DNA of 64,000 nt from Bdellovibrionota bacterium (GCA_035292885.1 DATDPG010000164.1:1386-65385), one strand, 5' to 3'; counted from the first letter of the stretch, positions 9,114-19,100 are shown. Made by a program: numbers and translations. Notes: generated from the sequence alone by a model not told the origin.

Positions 9114-10775
9114 CTAAGGCGAGATCGAAATATTGGCGAACGGATGCTGATCCCAAATGTTCGGCGTGTACCCTTTGACGCGCGGGGAAACCGCCACGGC
9201 GATCGCATCGTAATAAAGAGGAATCACCTCCCCTTCACCTAACAAAAGGGCTTCGGCCCGCCGCAGATTACCTTTCGCCTCCGTCCAATTCGGAGCGTTG
9301 TCCGCGGAATTGAGCAGCCGATTGAAAACTTTTCTCGACGGCCCGTCGGAACGGAAGGCGTCCAAAAATCCGAACGGCCGCTCGGGCAGGACCGACACAT
9401 CGTCCAGAGCCACTGCATATTCACCGCTCTTTATGATGTGCAGAAACTCTTCGGGCAGTTTTTCCGTCACGTTGACCGAGATTCCGAGCTCCCGCTTCCA
9501 AATAGCCGCCAAAGCCAGAGCGATTTTCCGGACATCCAACCCCTCCCGGTGGACCATCTCGAATGCGGGGGGCGGCTTGCATCCGGCCAAGGCGATCCCT
9601 TTGGTGCAATAACCGAGATCTCGAAGAATCTTCCGGGCCCCCGGCACATTGAACAGAAAACCTCGCGGAGCTTCGTAGCTCTTGATCCCCTCCGGAAGAA
9701 TCGATAGCGCGGCTTTCTGCCCTTCTTTACCCACGCTGGCCGCGAATAATTCGCGATCGATCGCCATGGCAAGCGCCATTCGAAGTTTGAGTTGACTGGT
9801 CGGCGCCCGCCGCGGATTAACGCGGAGAAAGACTGTGCTTAGATCAGGCTGGTACACCAGACCTTTTTTCGAAGCGAATTTCAAAAAATCGTTTCGCTGG
9901 ACCGAAAAATCCCGATAGCCGAACTGATCGACCTGGCCGTCCAAAAACATCTGCGTTCCTTCTTCTCGGCTGGCAACCAGATGTACGTGCACTTCACCGA
10001 GCTGGATTCTTCCGGCCCAGCGATGATGCGGATTCTTTTTGAGGATGTGAACAAGTTCCCCTTTTGCGGCCGGCAAGAAAGGCCCGCTTCCAACCCAATT
10101 CTCCGGGCGCCACCAATTTGTGGGATGTCGTTCGAGCATTTCCCGGTGAACCGGAGCCGTGGCCGGCTGTGTGAGAAAATCGAGCAAAAATGCATTAGGC
10201 GAGCTCAGGTCGAAAATCACGGTTCGGTCGCCGTCGGTCCGAATTCCCAGCTGTGCCGGGAGCATTATCGCCCCCTCGTGATAGTCCTCAGCCCCCTTGA
10301 TCGACGTCAAAAAGTCGGCCACCCAGGCGTCGGTCGATGCAGAGAGAAGTCTCCGGAGCGAATAAACGAAATCCTCGGCCTTTACCTTTTCGCCGTTCGA
10401 CCAAAAAAGATCGGCCCGAAGCAGAAATTTGATCCGAAGTCCGTCATCCGAGACCGTGTAGCTTTCGGCGGCTAGAGGTAGGACGTTCCCGGTTTGGGGA
10501 TCCCGAAAGAGAAGCGGCTCCACAAGATTCGAAACAAGCAGGAGTTCCGCGTTGGTTTCCGCGGCGACCGGATCGAATGTTTCGATCGGGCCGGCCACGG
10601 CGACGCGATAGACCCGCTTCGGTGCGCTTGCCACCGCCGGCGCGGGCGCCGGCGCCTTTTGATCGCCCGCTGCAATCGCCGCGAAACCGAGAGCTAGGCA
10701 AAATGCGTAGCCAACGATTCGAGCGCCTTGCGGGCCTTTCGGACGCGGCTCACATCTTGTTCGAGAATCGCACAT
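9114..10775 (-). CDS. ABC transporter substrate-binding protein, family 5 (peptide/nickel type), solo
   Basis: Signal peptide followed by SBP_bac_5-like length and motifs. No permease/ATPase genes adjacent. Start codon uncertain. Confidence 0.75.
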   Translation of the reverse strand: MCDSRTRCEPRPKGPQGARIVGYAFCLALGFAAIAAGDQKAPAPAPAVASAPKRVYRVAVAGPIETFDPVAAETNAELLLVSNLVEPLLFRDPQTGNVLPLAAESYTVSDDGLRIKFLLRADLFWSNGEKVKAEDFVYSLRRLLSASTDAWVADFLTSIKGAEDYHEGAIMLPAQLGIRTDGDRTVIFDLSSPNAFLLDFLTQPATAPVHREMLERHPTNWWRPENWVGSGPFLPAAKGELVHILKKNPHHRWAGRIQLGEVHVHLVASREEGTQMFLDGQVDQFGYRDFSVQRNDFLKFASKKGLVYQPDLSTVFLRVNPRRAPTSQLKLRMALAMAIDRELFAASVGKEGQKAALSILPEGIKSYEAPRGFLFNVPGARKILRDLGYCTKGIALAGCKPPPAFEMVHREGLDVRKIALALAAIWKRELGISVNVTEKLPEEFLHIIKSGEYAVALDDVSVLPERPFGFLDAFRSDGPSRKVFNRLLNSADNAPNWTEAKGNLRRAEALLLGEGEVIPLYYDAIAVAVSPRVKGYTPNIWDQHPFANISISP

Positions 10776-11107
10776 AAGTACTCATGGTGATTTTGGGAAA
10801 TTTTCTTAAAGATGTCGGGCGAAGTTCCTTTCTTCAGTTCGATCGCTTGCCAAAAGATATCTTTATCCATGCTGACCGAATGCCCGATTAAGTCGTCCGC
10901 AACGCGGTAGAGAAACTCGATCCCTTCAAACGCGCACGGTTGAACGACCAGCTGGACATTTCGTTGTTTGCCCACATTTTCGATCTCCTCCCGGTTCGGC
11001 TCGACGTCCGCCGGTTGCAAAAAAAGGACGACGCTGAACAGACGATTCGGATCCCCAAACTGGTCGAGCTTCACGCGGCCTCTCCTCGAACGATCCCGAT
11101 CGCACAA
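10694..11107 (-). CDS. hypothetical protein (overlaps both neighbours; may be shorter or spurious)
   Basis: 137-aa ORF with no recognisable motifs. Overlaps the M16 peptidase 3' end and the SBP 5' end. Confidence 0.25.
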   Translation of the reverse strand: MCDRDRSRRGRVKLDQFGDPNRLFSVVLFLQPADVEPNREEIENVGKQRNVQLVVQPCAFEGIEFLYRVADDLIGHSVSMDKDIFWQAIELKKGTSPDIFKKISQNHHEYLCAILEQDVSRVRKARKALESLATHFA

Positions 11108-13698
11108 TTTTCAAGATCGAACACGTCCGCGGCGGCGGCGCGCACCCGCTCGGGAGTAACCGCGTCGATGTACCGATCGTATTCCGTAACCGCCTGTAAC
11201 CCCCGACCGGTGATGAATTGTTGCAGATACGCGTAGGCGATCGCGCGGTTTCCCTGAAGTCCGATGGCGTGGCTGCCGCGCGTGTACGCCTTCGCCGTCC
11301 GAACCTCTTCTGCCGTGGGAGCGCGCCTCTTCGTCCGCTCCAACTCGAACATCAAGAGATCCCGTACATCTTTCTCTTTTTCCGGCGAACAGCCAACATA
11401 GGTGAAGAATGCCCCTCCGCGCATCAGGCCTATGTTGAATGCCGTGACCGTATAGGCCAGCGCCCTCCTTTCCCGGAGCTCGTGGAACAGTGACCCTCCC
11501 ATCCCCGAAAGATGGTTCCGCAGGACTTCCAATGCGAAATAACGGTCGTCCCGAAGACTGACGCCGTTGAATCCGAGGACAACCCCCGTCTGCTTCCGGT
11601 CGCGCGTTTCGACCTTTTCTCTCATTCCGCGGTTGGGAACGACGGGAAAGAGCTGCGCCCTCGGCTCCAGGTCGGCGTCGCCCGTAACCGAAAATCGCCT
11701 GCGAACCAGTTCGATCGCCCGCTCCCGTTCGACGTCCCCGACGATCGCCACAACCATTTTCTTCCACGTAAACGTCTCCGAGTACCACTCCCACAATTGT
11801 TTTCGCGAGAAGTTGCGCACCGATGCCTCCGTTCCCTGGCGGGGGAGGCCGTACGGGTGAAGGCCGAAGAGTGACTGATAGAAGAGCTCGATCGGGTATC
11901 GAAACATGTCGTCCCGAATTCTCTGAATCTTCGCCAAGGCCGACGTCCGCTCCTTTTCGATCTCGGCTTCGGGCAACGTCGGCCGAAGCATGACATCGCA
12001 GAGAAGATCCATCGCCGTTTCCAGGTTTCGAGAAAGCACGTTGGTCGAATATCCGAAAAGATCCGCCGTCGATTCCACCTGAATCGAGCTTCCCAACGAC
12101 TCCATTTCAAACGCGATTTCATCCGCCGTCCGATTTTCCGTTCCCTTGAGCGTCGAACGAAGAACGAACTGCGTGATCCCGCAGTTGTCGACCGTTTCAT
12201 CCAGACGTCCCCCGGGGAAATAGACGGCGATTGTGGCGAGAGGCAAGGCTCCCGTCCGCAGATGAAGAAGCGTCCCCCCTCCGTCCAGCGGAATGGCCTC
12301 GATCCCTCGGCCGATCGGCTCCGTCACGCCTTGGGGCAACTGAAGCTCCGGAGCCTTCGGAGCGCTCGCGGGTTTCATCACCGGACCCAGCTTTTCCACC
12401 AATCCGGAGACCCGCTTGCGCAAATTCTCGAGCCGGTCGTCCACCTTCGCACCCTGACCCACCGATTTCGGCACGTATTCCAAGAGATTCATCATGGAGA
12501 ACGCGCAATATTGCTCCGCCACGCGAACCACTTCCGCGGGCGTCACCGCTCGCATCTTCTGCACGTACTCCACCGCTTTTGGGTACCCTCCGAGCGACTC
12601 AAAAAAAGCCAATCCGTACGCCTGGCCCATCACATCCTCTCGTTCGGAAAAGAAATTGGCTTCGATGATGTTCCGGATTTTGGAGACCTCCTCGATCGAT
12701 GGAGGGTCCCGCCGAAGCCGCTCCATTTCCACCCACAGCTCCTCCTCGCAAACGGCGATCTTTTCCGGTTTGAGTTCGGCTTCCATCGTGAAAAACCCGA
12801 CGTCCTTCGACGCATAAAGCGATGATCCGATCGAATCGACGATCCCTTTTTCCTCCCGAAGCGAGCGGTAGAGACGTGAACTCCGACCCCGTCCCAAAAG
12901 CGTGCTCAAGAACGTCATGGCGTAGTAGTCCGGATGCGTGATCGGCGGAGATTGAAATCCCATCTTCACCAAAACCCGGGACAGGTCGCCCAAGAGACGG
13001 GACATCTTCGGCTCTTTTTGCACCGGTTCGACCGGCGAAACCTCGTGCCGTACGTTCCCCTCCGGCATCATTCCATACCGCCGTTCGACCTCCGCCATCA
13101 CCGATTTCTGATTCACGTCCCCCACAACGACCAATGTGATGTTGGCGGGGCGGTAATAACGATTGTAATATTCCACGACCGCATCGCGGCTGAACCGGCG
13201 AATCTCCTCTTCCCTCCCCATTCGCCACCGCCTGATTCGATGTCTTTCGAACGCCATCTCGAGAAGCTTTTCCCAAGCGTACGGATTGGGATTGTCGTAT
13301 TTTCGCTTCAGCTCCTCGATGACGACCTCCTTCTCCCGCGTCATTTCTTCGGCATCGAAGAGCGGGTTAAGCAGCGCATCGGACTGGATATCCAGCGCCT
13401 GGTTCACGCTGCCGGACGGAACCACGGTGAAATAGTACGTATGGTCGTAAATCGTCGACGCGTTTAAATACCCGCCGATCGCCTTGGTCTCCTGCGCGAT
13501 GATCCCGACGCCGCGCTTGGGCGTCCCCTTAAAGAAAAGATGTTCGATGTAGTGCGAAATTCCGGTCAGTTCGTCCGGTTCGTTGAAATATCCGACACCG
13601 ACCCAGGTCAGAACACACGCGAGAGGCAATCGGCGGTCCGGTTTTACGAGAACCGTAAGGCCGTTCCCGAGTTTTCGCTTTTCAACGCCCGTCAGCAA
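11071..13698 (-). CDS. tandem M16 (pitrilysin/insulinase) family zinc peptidase
   Basis: HxxEH inverted zincin motif (HYIEHLFFKGT) in the N-terminal unit. A second M16-like unit lacks the motif. 875 aa. Confidence 0.85.
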   Translation of the reverse strand: MLTGVEKRKLGNGLTVLVKPDRRLPLACVLTWVGVGYFNEPDELTGISHYIEHLFFKGTPKRGVGIIAQETKAIGGYLNASTIYDHTYYFTVVPSGSVNQALDIQSDALLNPLFDAEEMTREKEVVIEELKRKYDNPNPYAWEKLLEMAFERHRIRRWRMGREEEIRRFSRDAVVEYYNRYYRPANITLVVVGDVNQKSVMAEVERRYGMMPEGNVRHEVSPVEPVQKEPKMSRLLGDLSRVLVKMGFQSPPITHPDYYAMTFLSTLLGRGRSSRLYRSLREEKGIVDSIGSSLYASKDVGFFTMEAELKPEKIAVCEEELWVEMERLRRDPPSIEEVSKIRNIIEANFFSEREDVMGQAYGLAFFESLGGYPKAVEYVQKMRAVTPAEVVRVAEQYCAFSMMNLLEYVPKSVGQGAKVDDRLENLRKRVSGLVEKLGPVMKPASAPKAPELQLPQGVTEPIGRGIEAIPLDGGGTLLHLRTGALPLATIAVYFPGGRLDETVDNCGITQFVLRSTLKGTENRTADEIAFEMESLGSSIQVESTADLFGYSTNVLSRNLETAMDLLCDVMLRPTLPEAEIEKERTSALAKIQRIRDDMFRYPIELFYQSLFGLHPYGLPRQGTEASVRNFSRKQLWEWYSETFTWKKMVVAIVGDVERERAIELVRRRFSVTGDADLEPRAQLFPVVPNRGMREKVETRDRKQTGVVLGFNGVSLRDDRYFALEVLRNHLSGMGGSLFHELRERRALAYTVTAFNIGLMRGGAFFTYVGCSPEKEKDVRDLLMFELERTKRRAPTAEEVRTAKAYTRGSHAIGLQGNRAIAYAYLQQFITGRGLQAVTEYDRYIDAVTPERVRAAAADVFDLENCAIGIVRGEAA

Positions 13699-13704
13699 CT
13701 TGCG

Positions 13705-14553
13705 TCATCGTAACACGACTTGAAAATCGTGCAGATGATTTTGCCACTCCGCTTCCGTACCCCTCGCCCGCCGATCGACCAGTTTCAAAATCAAAGAAGT
13801 CGCCGGAATGACGTAAATAAAACATCCGGCGATGAAAAGGCCATACTCGCCGATCCACCAGGTCACGGTGAGAATAAACGCCAGCACACCGTAATAAAGG
13901 CCAACGCCAAAGAGACCCCGAAGCGGCCATACCCGAATCCCGCGATCTCGAAAGCCGGGCCCGAACCACCTTTTTTCGATCCGCTGATAAAGGAACATCG
14001 CCACCAAGCCGATCAGCCCCCATCCCAGGGCGTTGGAGAGCGGCACGCCGAAGTAATGTCCTTCGTATTCATAATAGTAGATTTTTCCCAAGAACCACCT
14101 CTCCCCGCGGAGCGCCGCAGGGTCGATAACGAAATCAATCATCATCATGTAGACGGAGGTTAGAAAAAGTACGCTCCAACTCCAGCGGATTCGAAACGTA
14201 TCCGCCACTTGGACGTCGCCCTTTTGAATTCGGAGCGGAGCGAGGGAAAACAGGGCGAGAGAAAACGAAGCGAACAAAAGAAACGTATACGAGAGCGAAT
14301 CCATGAACGGAACGTTGCCGATGTAGAGTTCCTGACCGCGCGTGATGCCGGTGTAATGATAGAGGCCGTAGGGGAAGCCGGTCCGCGTGGAAGAGATCTC
14401 CGACAGGAACGCGATCGCCCAAACAACGCCGAAGAACGTGAACGTCCGCCAGAGCCCCATCGAGATGATGCCGGTCAGGAGAAACGCGGCTAAAAAAGTG
14501 AACACGTACGGGCGTAAAGCGACTGTTTTGAAGAAAAGAATCAGGACATGCAT
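13705..14553 (-). CDS. polytopic membrane protein, DUF422 (carotenoid-biosynthesis-protein-like) family, tentative
   Basis: About 8 TM helices, aromatic-rich. Resemblance to PF04240-type proteins recalled from memory only. Confidence 0.45.
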   Translation of the reverse strand: MHVLILFFKTVALRPYVFTFLAAFLLTGIISMGLWRTFTFFGVVWAIAFLSEISSTRTGFPYGLYHYTGITRGQELYIGNVPFMDSLSYTFLLFASFSLALFSLAPLRIQKGDVQVADTFRIRWSWSVLFLTSVYMMMIDFVIDPAALRGERWFLGKIYYYEYEGHYFGVPLSNALGWGLIGLVAMFLYQRIEKRWFGPGFRDRGIRVWPLRGLFGVGLYYGVLAFILTVTWWIGEYGLFIAGCFIYVIPATSLILKLVDRRARGTEAEWQNHLHDFQVVLR

Positions 14554-14696
14554 GGGTCAGAATCTGCCGAACGACTGCTCAAAAAGCCCGAAAAATCGGT
14601 AGATCGACCATCCAGCCAAGAACTTAACCCGCAGGAATAGCACTGTTTTCTTTCTTACTCCGCCTTGGCACATCCCTTGTGAAAGCAGATTGAGTC

Positions 14697-15716
14697 GTGC
14701 TTAAGAATCTTTCAAGACCGGCCGCGTTGTATTCACTCCTGACGCTGATCGCATGTGGCGGCCCGGAACCGCTTCCCCCAAAAACTGGCGACCCGCAAAA
14801 TCAGGCGGCTCTTGGAACCACACCCTGTGCCGCCGGCTATCAAGGAACGGATACCGACGGCGATGAAATTCCCGACCAATGCGAACAGCTCTTGGGCACC
14901 GATCCGAACAATCCGGACTGCAATGGGAACGGTATACCGGACGGCATGGATAACCCGATCGATTGCAGCCACAAACCCGCGGATGAGTGCGACGTCGCCT
15001 GCCAGGACAATAAGAATCGGATGTACAATGAATTGGCGAATTCACTAATGCTGGGTTCTTCAGCTATGGCCAGAAGCGCCCCGGCCGGACATACCGTTTC
15101 GGTAGACAAACAACAAATGGCCTTTGGCCCGCTCAAGAACATCACACACCCAAAATTTCAACCAACTCTAAGAGGGGACTCAAAGTGCGACACCCCCAAC
15201 AACGTATTCTTCCTGGTACAAGGCAAAGTCGACGGAAAGGCCGCGACCATCGAGTTTTGCGGAGATATTGAGACAAGCAAGCTTCCCGGCGTTACGGACG
15301 CAACCGACAAAACAGCGGACCCGTTAGATGGTTCATCGCTCAAACTGTGGAAAATTGGCAATGCTGACGGCAAGAAGTTTGACCCGGGCGCACTGCAGGT
15401 CAATAACATCGATGTCACTCAAACCTTCGATAAACTCAATATCAGTGGGGCCGTCGACCCCTGTTACGGCATAACGAACGACCCAAATTGTTCGGGCAAT
15501 CACATAATTTTTCTAAATCTTCACATGGAACTCTCAAGTAGTTACAAAATAGAGTTCTCAGGAATTTATAAGAACGAGGAAGTGACGGGGAAAACGGAGA
15601 AAATTGTAAAGGATTGGGTCCGAACAGTTGACATGGCCACGAAGGCAGAGGCTTCTTACTCACCGGGATACCTCGGATTCTGGGTAAATGGACCCACAAG
15701 CGCCCCTACTTACTAG
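14697..15716 (+). CDS. secreted lipoprotein with thrombospondin-type-3-like Ca-binding repeats
   Basis: Lipobox LIACGG. DTDGDEIPD / DPNNPDCNGNGIPDGMDNPIDC Asp-rich repeats. Paralogous N-terminus to the 20562 gene. Confidence 0.5.
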   Translation: MLKNLSRPAALYSLLTLIACGGPEPLPPKTGDPQNQAALGTTPCAAGYQGTDTDGDEIPDQCEQLLGTDPNNPDCNGNGIPDGMDNPIDCSHKPADECDVACQDNKNRMYNELANSLMLGSSAMARSAPAGHTVSVDKQQMAFGPLKNITHPKFQPTLRGDSKCDTPNNVFFLVQGKVDGKAATIEFCGDIETSKLPGVTDATDKTADPLDGSSLKLWKIGNADGKKFDPGALQVNNIDVTQTFDKLNISGAVDPCYGITNDPNCSGNHIIFLNLHMELSSSYKIEFSGIYKNEEVTGKTEKIVKDWVRTVDMATKAEASYSPGYLGFWVNGPTSAPTY

Positions 15717-15760
15717 AACCGTTTCTTGCGTTCAGAAAAAATCTGGGCGATTGGTAACCA

Positions 15761-15976
15761 ATGCACGGCCTCCATCACGACATCGGGTTTCGGTATGTCG
15801 TTTTTTCCCTGATCCTTGAAGTCATTTTCCTCGGGTTCTGCACGCTCTTTGTCGGCCTCGGCGTTTCCGAGCTCAAAAAGCACAAACCCTTTCTCCCCAA
15901 CGCCGGCCTCATCGGCCTCGGCTTTTGCCTCGCGGGCTTAAGCCTTTATGTCACCAAGCTCCTGATCGAAGGTTGA
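15761..15976 (+). CDS. small membrane protein, hypothetical
   Basis: Two hydrophobic helices, 71 aa. Confidence 0.3.
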   Translation: MHGLHHDIGFRYVVFSLILEVIFLGFCTLFVGLGVSELKKHKPFLPNAGLIGLGFCLAGLSLYVTKLLIEG

Positions 15977-16011
15977 CTTCTCCCATCGCTTCCCGGAAGA
16001 TCGCGCCCATC

Positions 16012-16233
16012 GTGGCCGAGAAGAAATTTGAAAGCGCCCTCTCCGAGTTGGAATCCATCGTCTCCAAGCTCGAATCCGAAGAACTTCCGCTGGAGGACTC
16101 TTTGGAGCTCTTCGAAAAAGGGATCAAGCTCTCCCGCCTCTGCTCCAAGAAACTGGCCGAAGCCGAAAAGAAGGTCGACGCCCTGGTGGCGGAGCTGGCG
16201 AAAGATCAACCTCAAGAAACGCAAAGTAGCTAG
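16012..16233 (+). CDS. xseB: exodeoxyribonuclease VII small subunit
   Basis: GTG start. FESALSELESIVSKLESEELPLEDSLELFEKGIKL matches XseB. Confidence 0.8.
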   Translation: MAEKKFESALSELESIVSKLESEELPLEDSLELFEKGIKLSRLCSKKLAEAEKKVDALVAELAKDQPQETQSS

Positions 16234-16399
16234 TGTCCCGGGTCCGAAATAGATTGATAACGAAGGACGTCGATGCGGCCGGATGGCAAGGCGCGACGAC
16301 GATGGCGTACTTGCAAAGCTGTGCGTCGAGGAGGAGCAACACAGCCAGCCGGGATGCAGCGGCGGCCGAGTATCAAGATATTTCGGACCCGGGACACTA
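16231..16399. repeat. intergenic inverted-repeat element (about 30-bp near-perfect terminal inverted repeats around a 108-bp core); MITE-like or RNA structure
   Basis: ctagtgtcccgggtccgaaatagattgata (16230-16260) versus tatcaagatatttcggacccgggacactaa (16369-16398). The arms abut the xseB stop and the ispA GTG. Confidence 0.6.
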
Positions 16400-16402
16400 A
16401 CT

Positions 16403-17284
16403 GTGGATCTCGAAAAATATCTCGAAACCTGCCGCCGTTCCGTCGAGGGGAGACTCGAAGAATATTTCTCCACCTCTGCAGTGGCCCCCCGTCTCGTCGA
16501 GGCGATGAAATACAGTCTCTTTGCGGGGGGCAAACGTATCCGTCCGGCTCTCGCTCTTGCTGCTTGTGAAGCCGTGGGCGGAAAGAGTGACGCCGCGCTT
16601 CCCGTCGCCTGCGCACTCGAAATGATTCATACCTATTCCCTCATTCACGATGATCTGCCGACCATGGACAACGACGACTTAAGGCGGGGAAGACCGACAA
16701 ACCACAAAGTGTTTGGAGAAGGTCTCGCGATTCTGGCCGGTGACGCTTTGTTGACCGAAGCGTTTAATCTCCTGGCCGATCCCTCGTGGAACATCCCAGC
16801 CGAATGCCGCATCGACATCGTCGGAATTGTCGCCGAAGGCTCCGGCGCCAACGGCATGGTGGGAGGCCAGGTCCTCGATCTTCAGTTTGAAGGGAAAGAC
16901 GTCGGCGAAAAGGAATTGGAGCAAATTCACCGGAACAAGACCGGCAAGCTGCTTCGTGCAGCTGTTTTAGCCGGCGGCCGAGCGGGCGGTGCCGAGGGAG
17001 AATTCTTCGACAGCCTCAAACGATACGGTGAGGCGATCGGTCTGGCGTTTCAGATCGCCGACGACGTCCTCGACGTGACGGCCACAACCAAGCAGCTCGG
17101 CAAAGGGGCGGCCAAGGACCAGGACAAAAAGAAGGCCACGTACCCCGCGATCCTCGGCCTGGATGAATCCCGCCGCCGCGCCGCGAATCTGCTCGAGGAC
17201 TCACTTTTGGCTCTCAAACCTTTAGGTAAGCGCGCTGAAGCGTTAACCGCCCTCGCCCGTTACATCATCGAGCGGCGGTCGTAG
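16403..17284 (+). CDS. ispA: polyprenyl (farnesyl/geranylgeranyl) diphosphate synthase
   Basis: First DDxxD (LIHDDLPTMDNDDLRRGRPT) and second (FQIADDVLD) Asp-rich motifs. GTG start at 16403. Confidence 0.85.
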   Translation: MDLEKYLETCRRSVEGRLEEYFSTSAVAPRLVEAMKYSLFAGGKRIRPALALAACEAVGGKSDAALPVACALEMIHTYSLIHDDLPTMDNDDLRRGRPTNHKVFGEGLAILAGDALLTEAFNLLADPSWNIPAECRIDIVGIVAEGSGANGMVGGQVLDLQFEGKDVGEKELEQIHRNKTGKLLRAAVLAGGRAGGAEGEFFDSLKRYGEAIGLAFQIADDVLDVTATTKQLGKGAAKDQDKKKATYPAILGLDESRRRAANLLEDSLLALKPLGKRAEALTALARYIIERRS

Positions 17285-17322
17285 CCATTCACACTTTCTG
17301 GGACCAGAGATATGATCGGTTA

Positions 17323-17751
17323 ATGCTCGACCTAGTCGCCCGAATACTGAAGAACGACCGCACCGTCGTATTTGCCTATCTTTTTGGCTCAAGGGCAAAG
17401 CAATACCAGCATTCTCAAAGCGATTGGGATATCGCGGTATTTCTTGATCCGCCACCGAAAGACGGACCGCACGGAAAGAAATATTTGGACCTTTACCTGA
17501 AAATTTCCAAAGAACTGCGCACGGACTCCGTTGATGTCGTCATTTTGAACTGTGCCACGCCATCCTTGGCAAAGGCGGCACTAACCGGAAAGCGACTTTT
17601 CTGCAGGAACACGGCCAAATATGTTCGATATTTTGTCCAGCTCATGCACGACCTAGACGATCAGATGTACCTAGTGGACGCATACGTTCCGGCGCTTAAG
17701 AAGCGCCTTAACGAAAGGACGGGTCGTGGTCGACCGAGCACTCGTCACTGA
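17323..17751 (+). CDS. MntA-type nucleotidyltransferase antitoxin (type VII TA)
   Basis: GS..G......D.D NTase motif (FGSRAKQYQHSQSDWDIAVF). Confidence 0.8.
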   Translation: MLDLVARILKNDRTVVFAYLFGSRAKQYQHSQSDWDIAVFLDPPPKDGPHGKKYLDLYLKISKELRTDSVDVVILNCATPSLAKAALTGKRLFCRNTAKYVRYFVQLMHDLDDQMYLVDAYVPALKKRLNERTGRGRPSTRH

Positions 17752-18139
17752 ACGTCTTAAGTTGATCGACGATTATCTCCGGCTCGCGGAGCGCTTATCA
17801 CGAAACGCTCGAAAACGATTTATTGAGAATCCGGAGATCCATATGCTGGCGGAAAGAGCACTGCATCTTGCGCTTGAAGCAATGCTCGACGTATCTAGTC
17901 ATATCGTGTCGGCCCGGAATCTGGGGCCTCCGCAGAGCTATGGAGACGTGATCTTTCGTCTGGCTGAAGGGGGCGTGATTCCTGAGCGTTTGGCACATCA
18001 GTTACGGCCATGGGTAGGCATGCGCAATGTGCTCGTTCATGGATACTCAAAACTAGATCACGGCCAGGTCCATCAAGCGATTCGAAGGGATCTGTCTTCG
18101 GTACGGCGCTTTTGCGCGGCAGTCTCCAAATTGCTTTGA
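17726..18139 (+). CDS. HepT-like (DUF86) toxin
   Basis: R-x4-H-x-Y-like motif (MRNVLVHGY). Overlaps mntA by 26 nt. Stop overlaps the tlyA TTG. Confidence 0.8.
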   Translation: MVDRALVTERLKLIDDYLRLAERLSRNARKRFIENPEIHMLAERALHLALEAMLDVSSHIVSARNLGPPQSYGDVIFRLAEGGVIPERLAHQLRPWVGMRNVLVHGYSKLDHGQVHQAIRRDLSSVRRFCAAVSKLL

Positions 18140-18897
18140 GAAAAAAACGCCTCGACCAGCTCGTCCACGAACGAGGTCTCGCAGAAACGCAAGTGAAGGC
18201 GCAGGCGCTCATTATGGCGGGGGAAATCATCGTCAACGAAACCATCGCCTCCAAGGCCGGGCAACTTGTGCCGTCCGACGCAGAGATCGCTTTGCGTTTT
18301 CCCGGACCCAAATATGTCAGCCGAGGAGGCGTCAAACTTGCGGGTGCGCTCGATCACTTCAAGATCGATCTAAGCGGTTGGCATTGCCTCGATGTGGGAG
18401 CCTCGACCGGGGGATTTACCGACTGCCTTTTGCAACGAGGTGCCGCACATGTCTGTACGATCGACGTGGGAAGAGGCCAGCTCGATCCCAAGATTCGAAA
18501 CCATCCTCAAGTGACGTGGAAAGAATCGTTTCACGTGAATGAACTGACGCCGGAAACATTCGGGAGATTATTCGAACTCGCCGCCGTGGACGTCTCGTTC
18601 ATCACCCTCAAAAAAGTCCTTCGCCATGTTCTGCCCTGCCTGAAATCGGGCGGAACCCTCCTCGCGCTCATTAAGCCGCAGTTTGAGGCGCAAAAAAGAG
18701 ACGCCGTAAAGGGAGTCCTTCGGGATGAAACGAAGCGACAGGCCATTTTGGAAAAGATGAAGGAATACGCCGTAACGGACCTCGGGCTTCACGATGTGAC
18801 TCTCACCGATTCGGTTCTGCCGGGCCCCAAGGGGAACCGGGAGGCATTTCTTTGCGCTGAATGGAGAATCAAAGGTCGTGATATACTGAATTCGTGA
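18136..18897 (+). CDS. tlyA: TlyA-family rRNA 2'-O-methyltransferase
   Basis: S4-like N-terminus then SRGGVKL, DVGASTGGFTD, DVGRGQL motifs. TTG start overlapping the hepT stop. Confidence 0.85.
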   Translation: MRKKRLDQLVHERGLAETQVKAQALIMAGEIIVNETIASKAGQLVPSDAEIALRFPGPKYVSRGGVKLAGALDHFKIDLSGWHCLDVGASTGGFTDCLLQRGAAHVCTIDVGRGQLDPKIRNHPQVTWKESFHVNELTPETFGRLFELAAVDVSFITLKKVLRHVLPCLKSGGTLLALIKPQFEAQKRDAVKGVLRDETKRQAILEKMKEYAVTDLGLHDVTLTDSVLPGPKGNREAFLCAEWRIKGRDILNS

Positions 18898-19100
18898 AAT
18901 CGACGAAGGTCCTGGGCAGGCGGTCGGGAGAACTTGAAAATTCACCTGAGGCCGCGTCTCAGTGGCTGGCCACGGTAGCCGCTCTGCGAAAGGGAAAGGG
19001 AATCTGCCCCCGGGGCCTCTATCGGTTCAAAAGTTTCGATGAGGCGGATGAATGGATGATCGAGATGATGGCTCGCGAGTCTCTCGGGTCCCTACAATAG
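18894..19100 (+). CDS. small ORF translationally coupled to tlyA (GTGA overlap), possible partner of the downstream NTase
   Basis: 68-aa ORF. GTG overlaps the tlyA stop. Overlaps the NTase start by 49 nt. No recognisable motifs. Confidence 0.2.
   Translation: MKSTKVLGRRSGELENSPEAASQWLATVAALRKGKGICPRGLYRFKSFDEADEWMIEMMARESLGSLQ

Noticed and set aside
10694-11107. 137-aa ORF as a confident gene
   Set aside because: Overlaps both flanking genes and has no recognisable features. Retained only as a low-confidence hypothetical.
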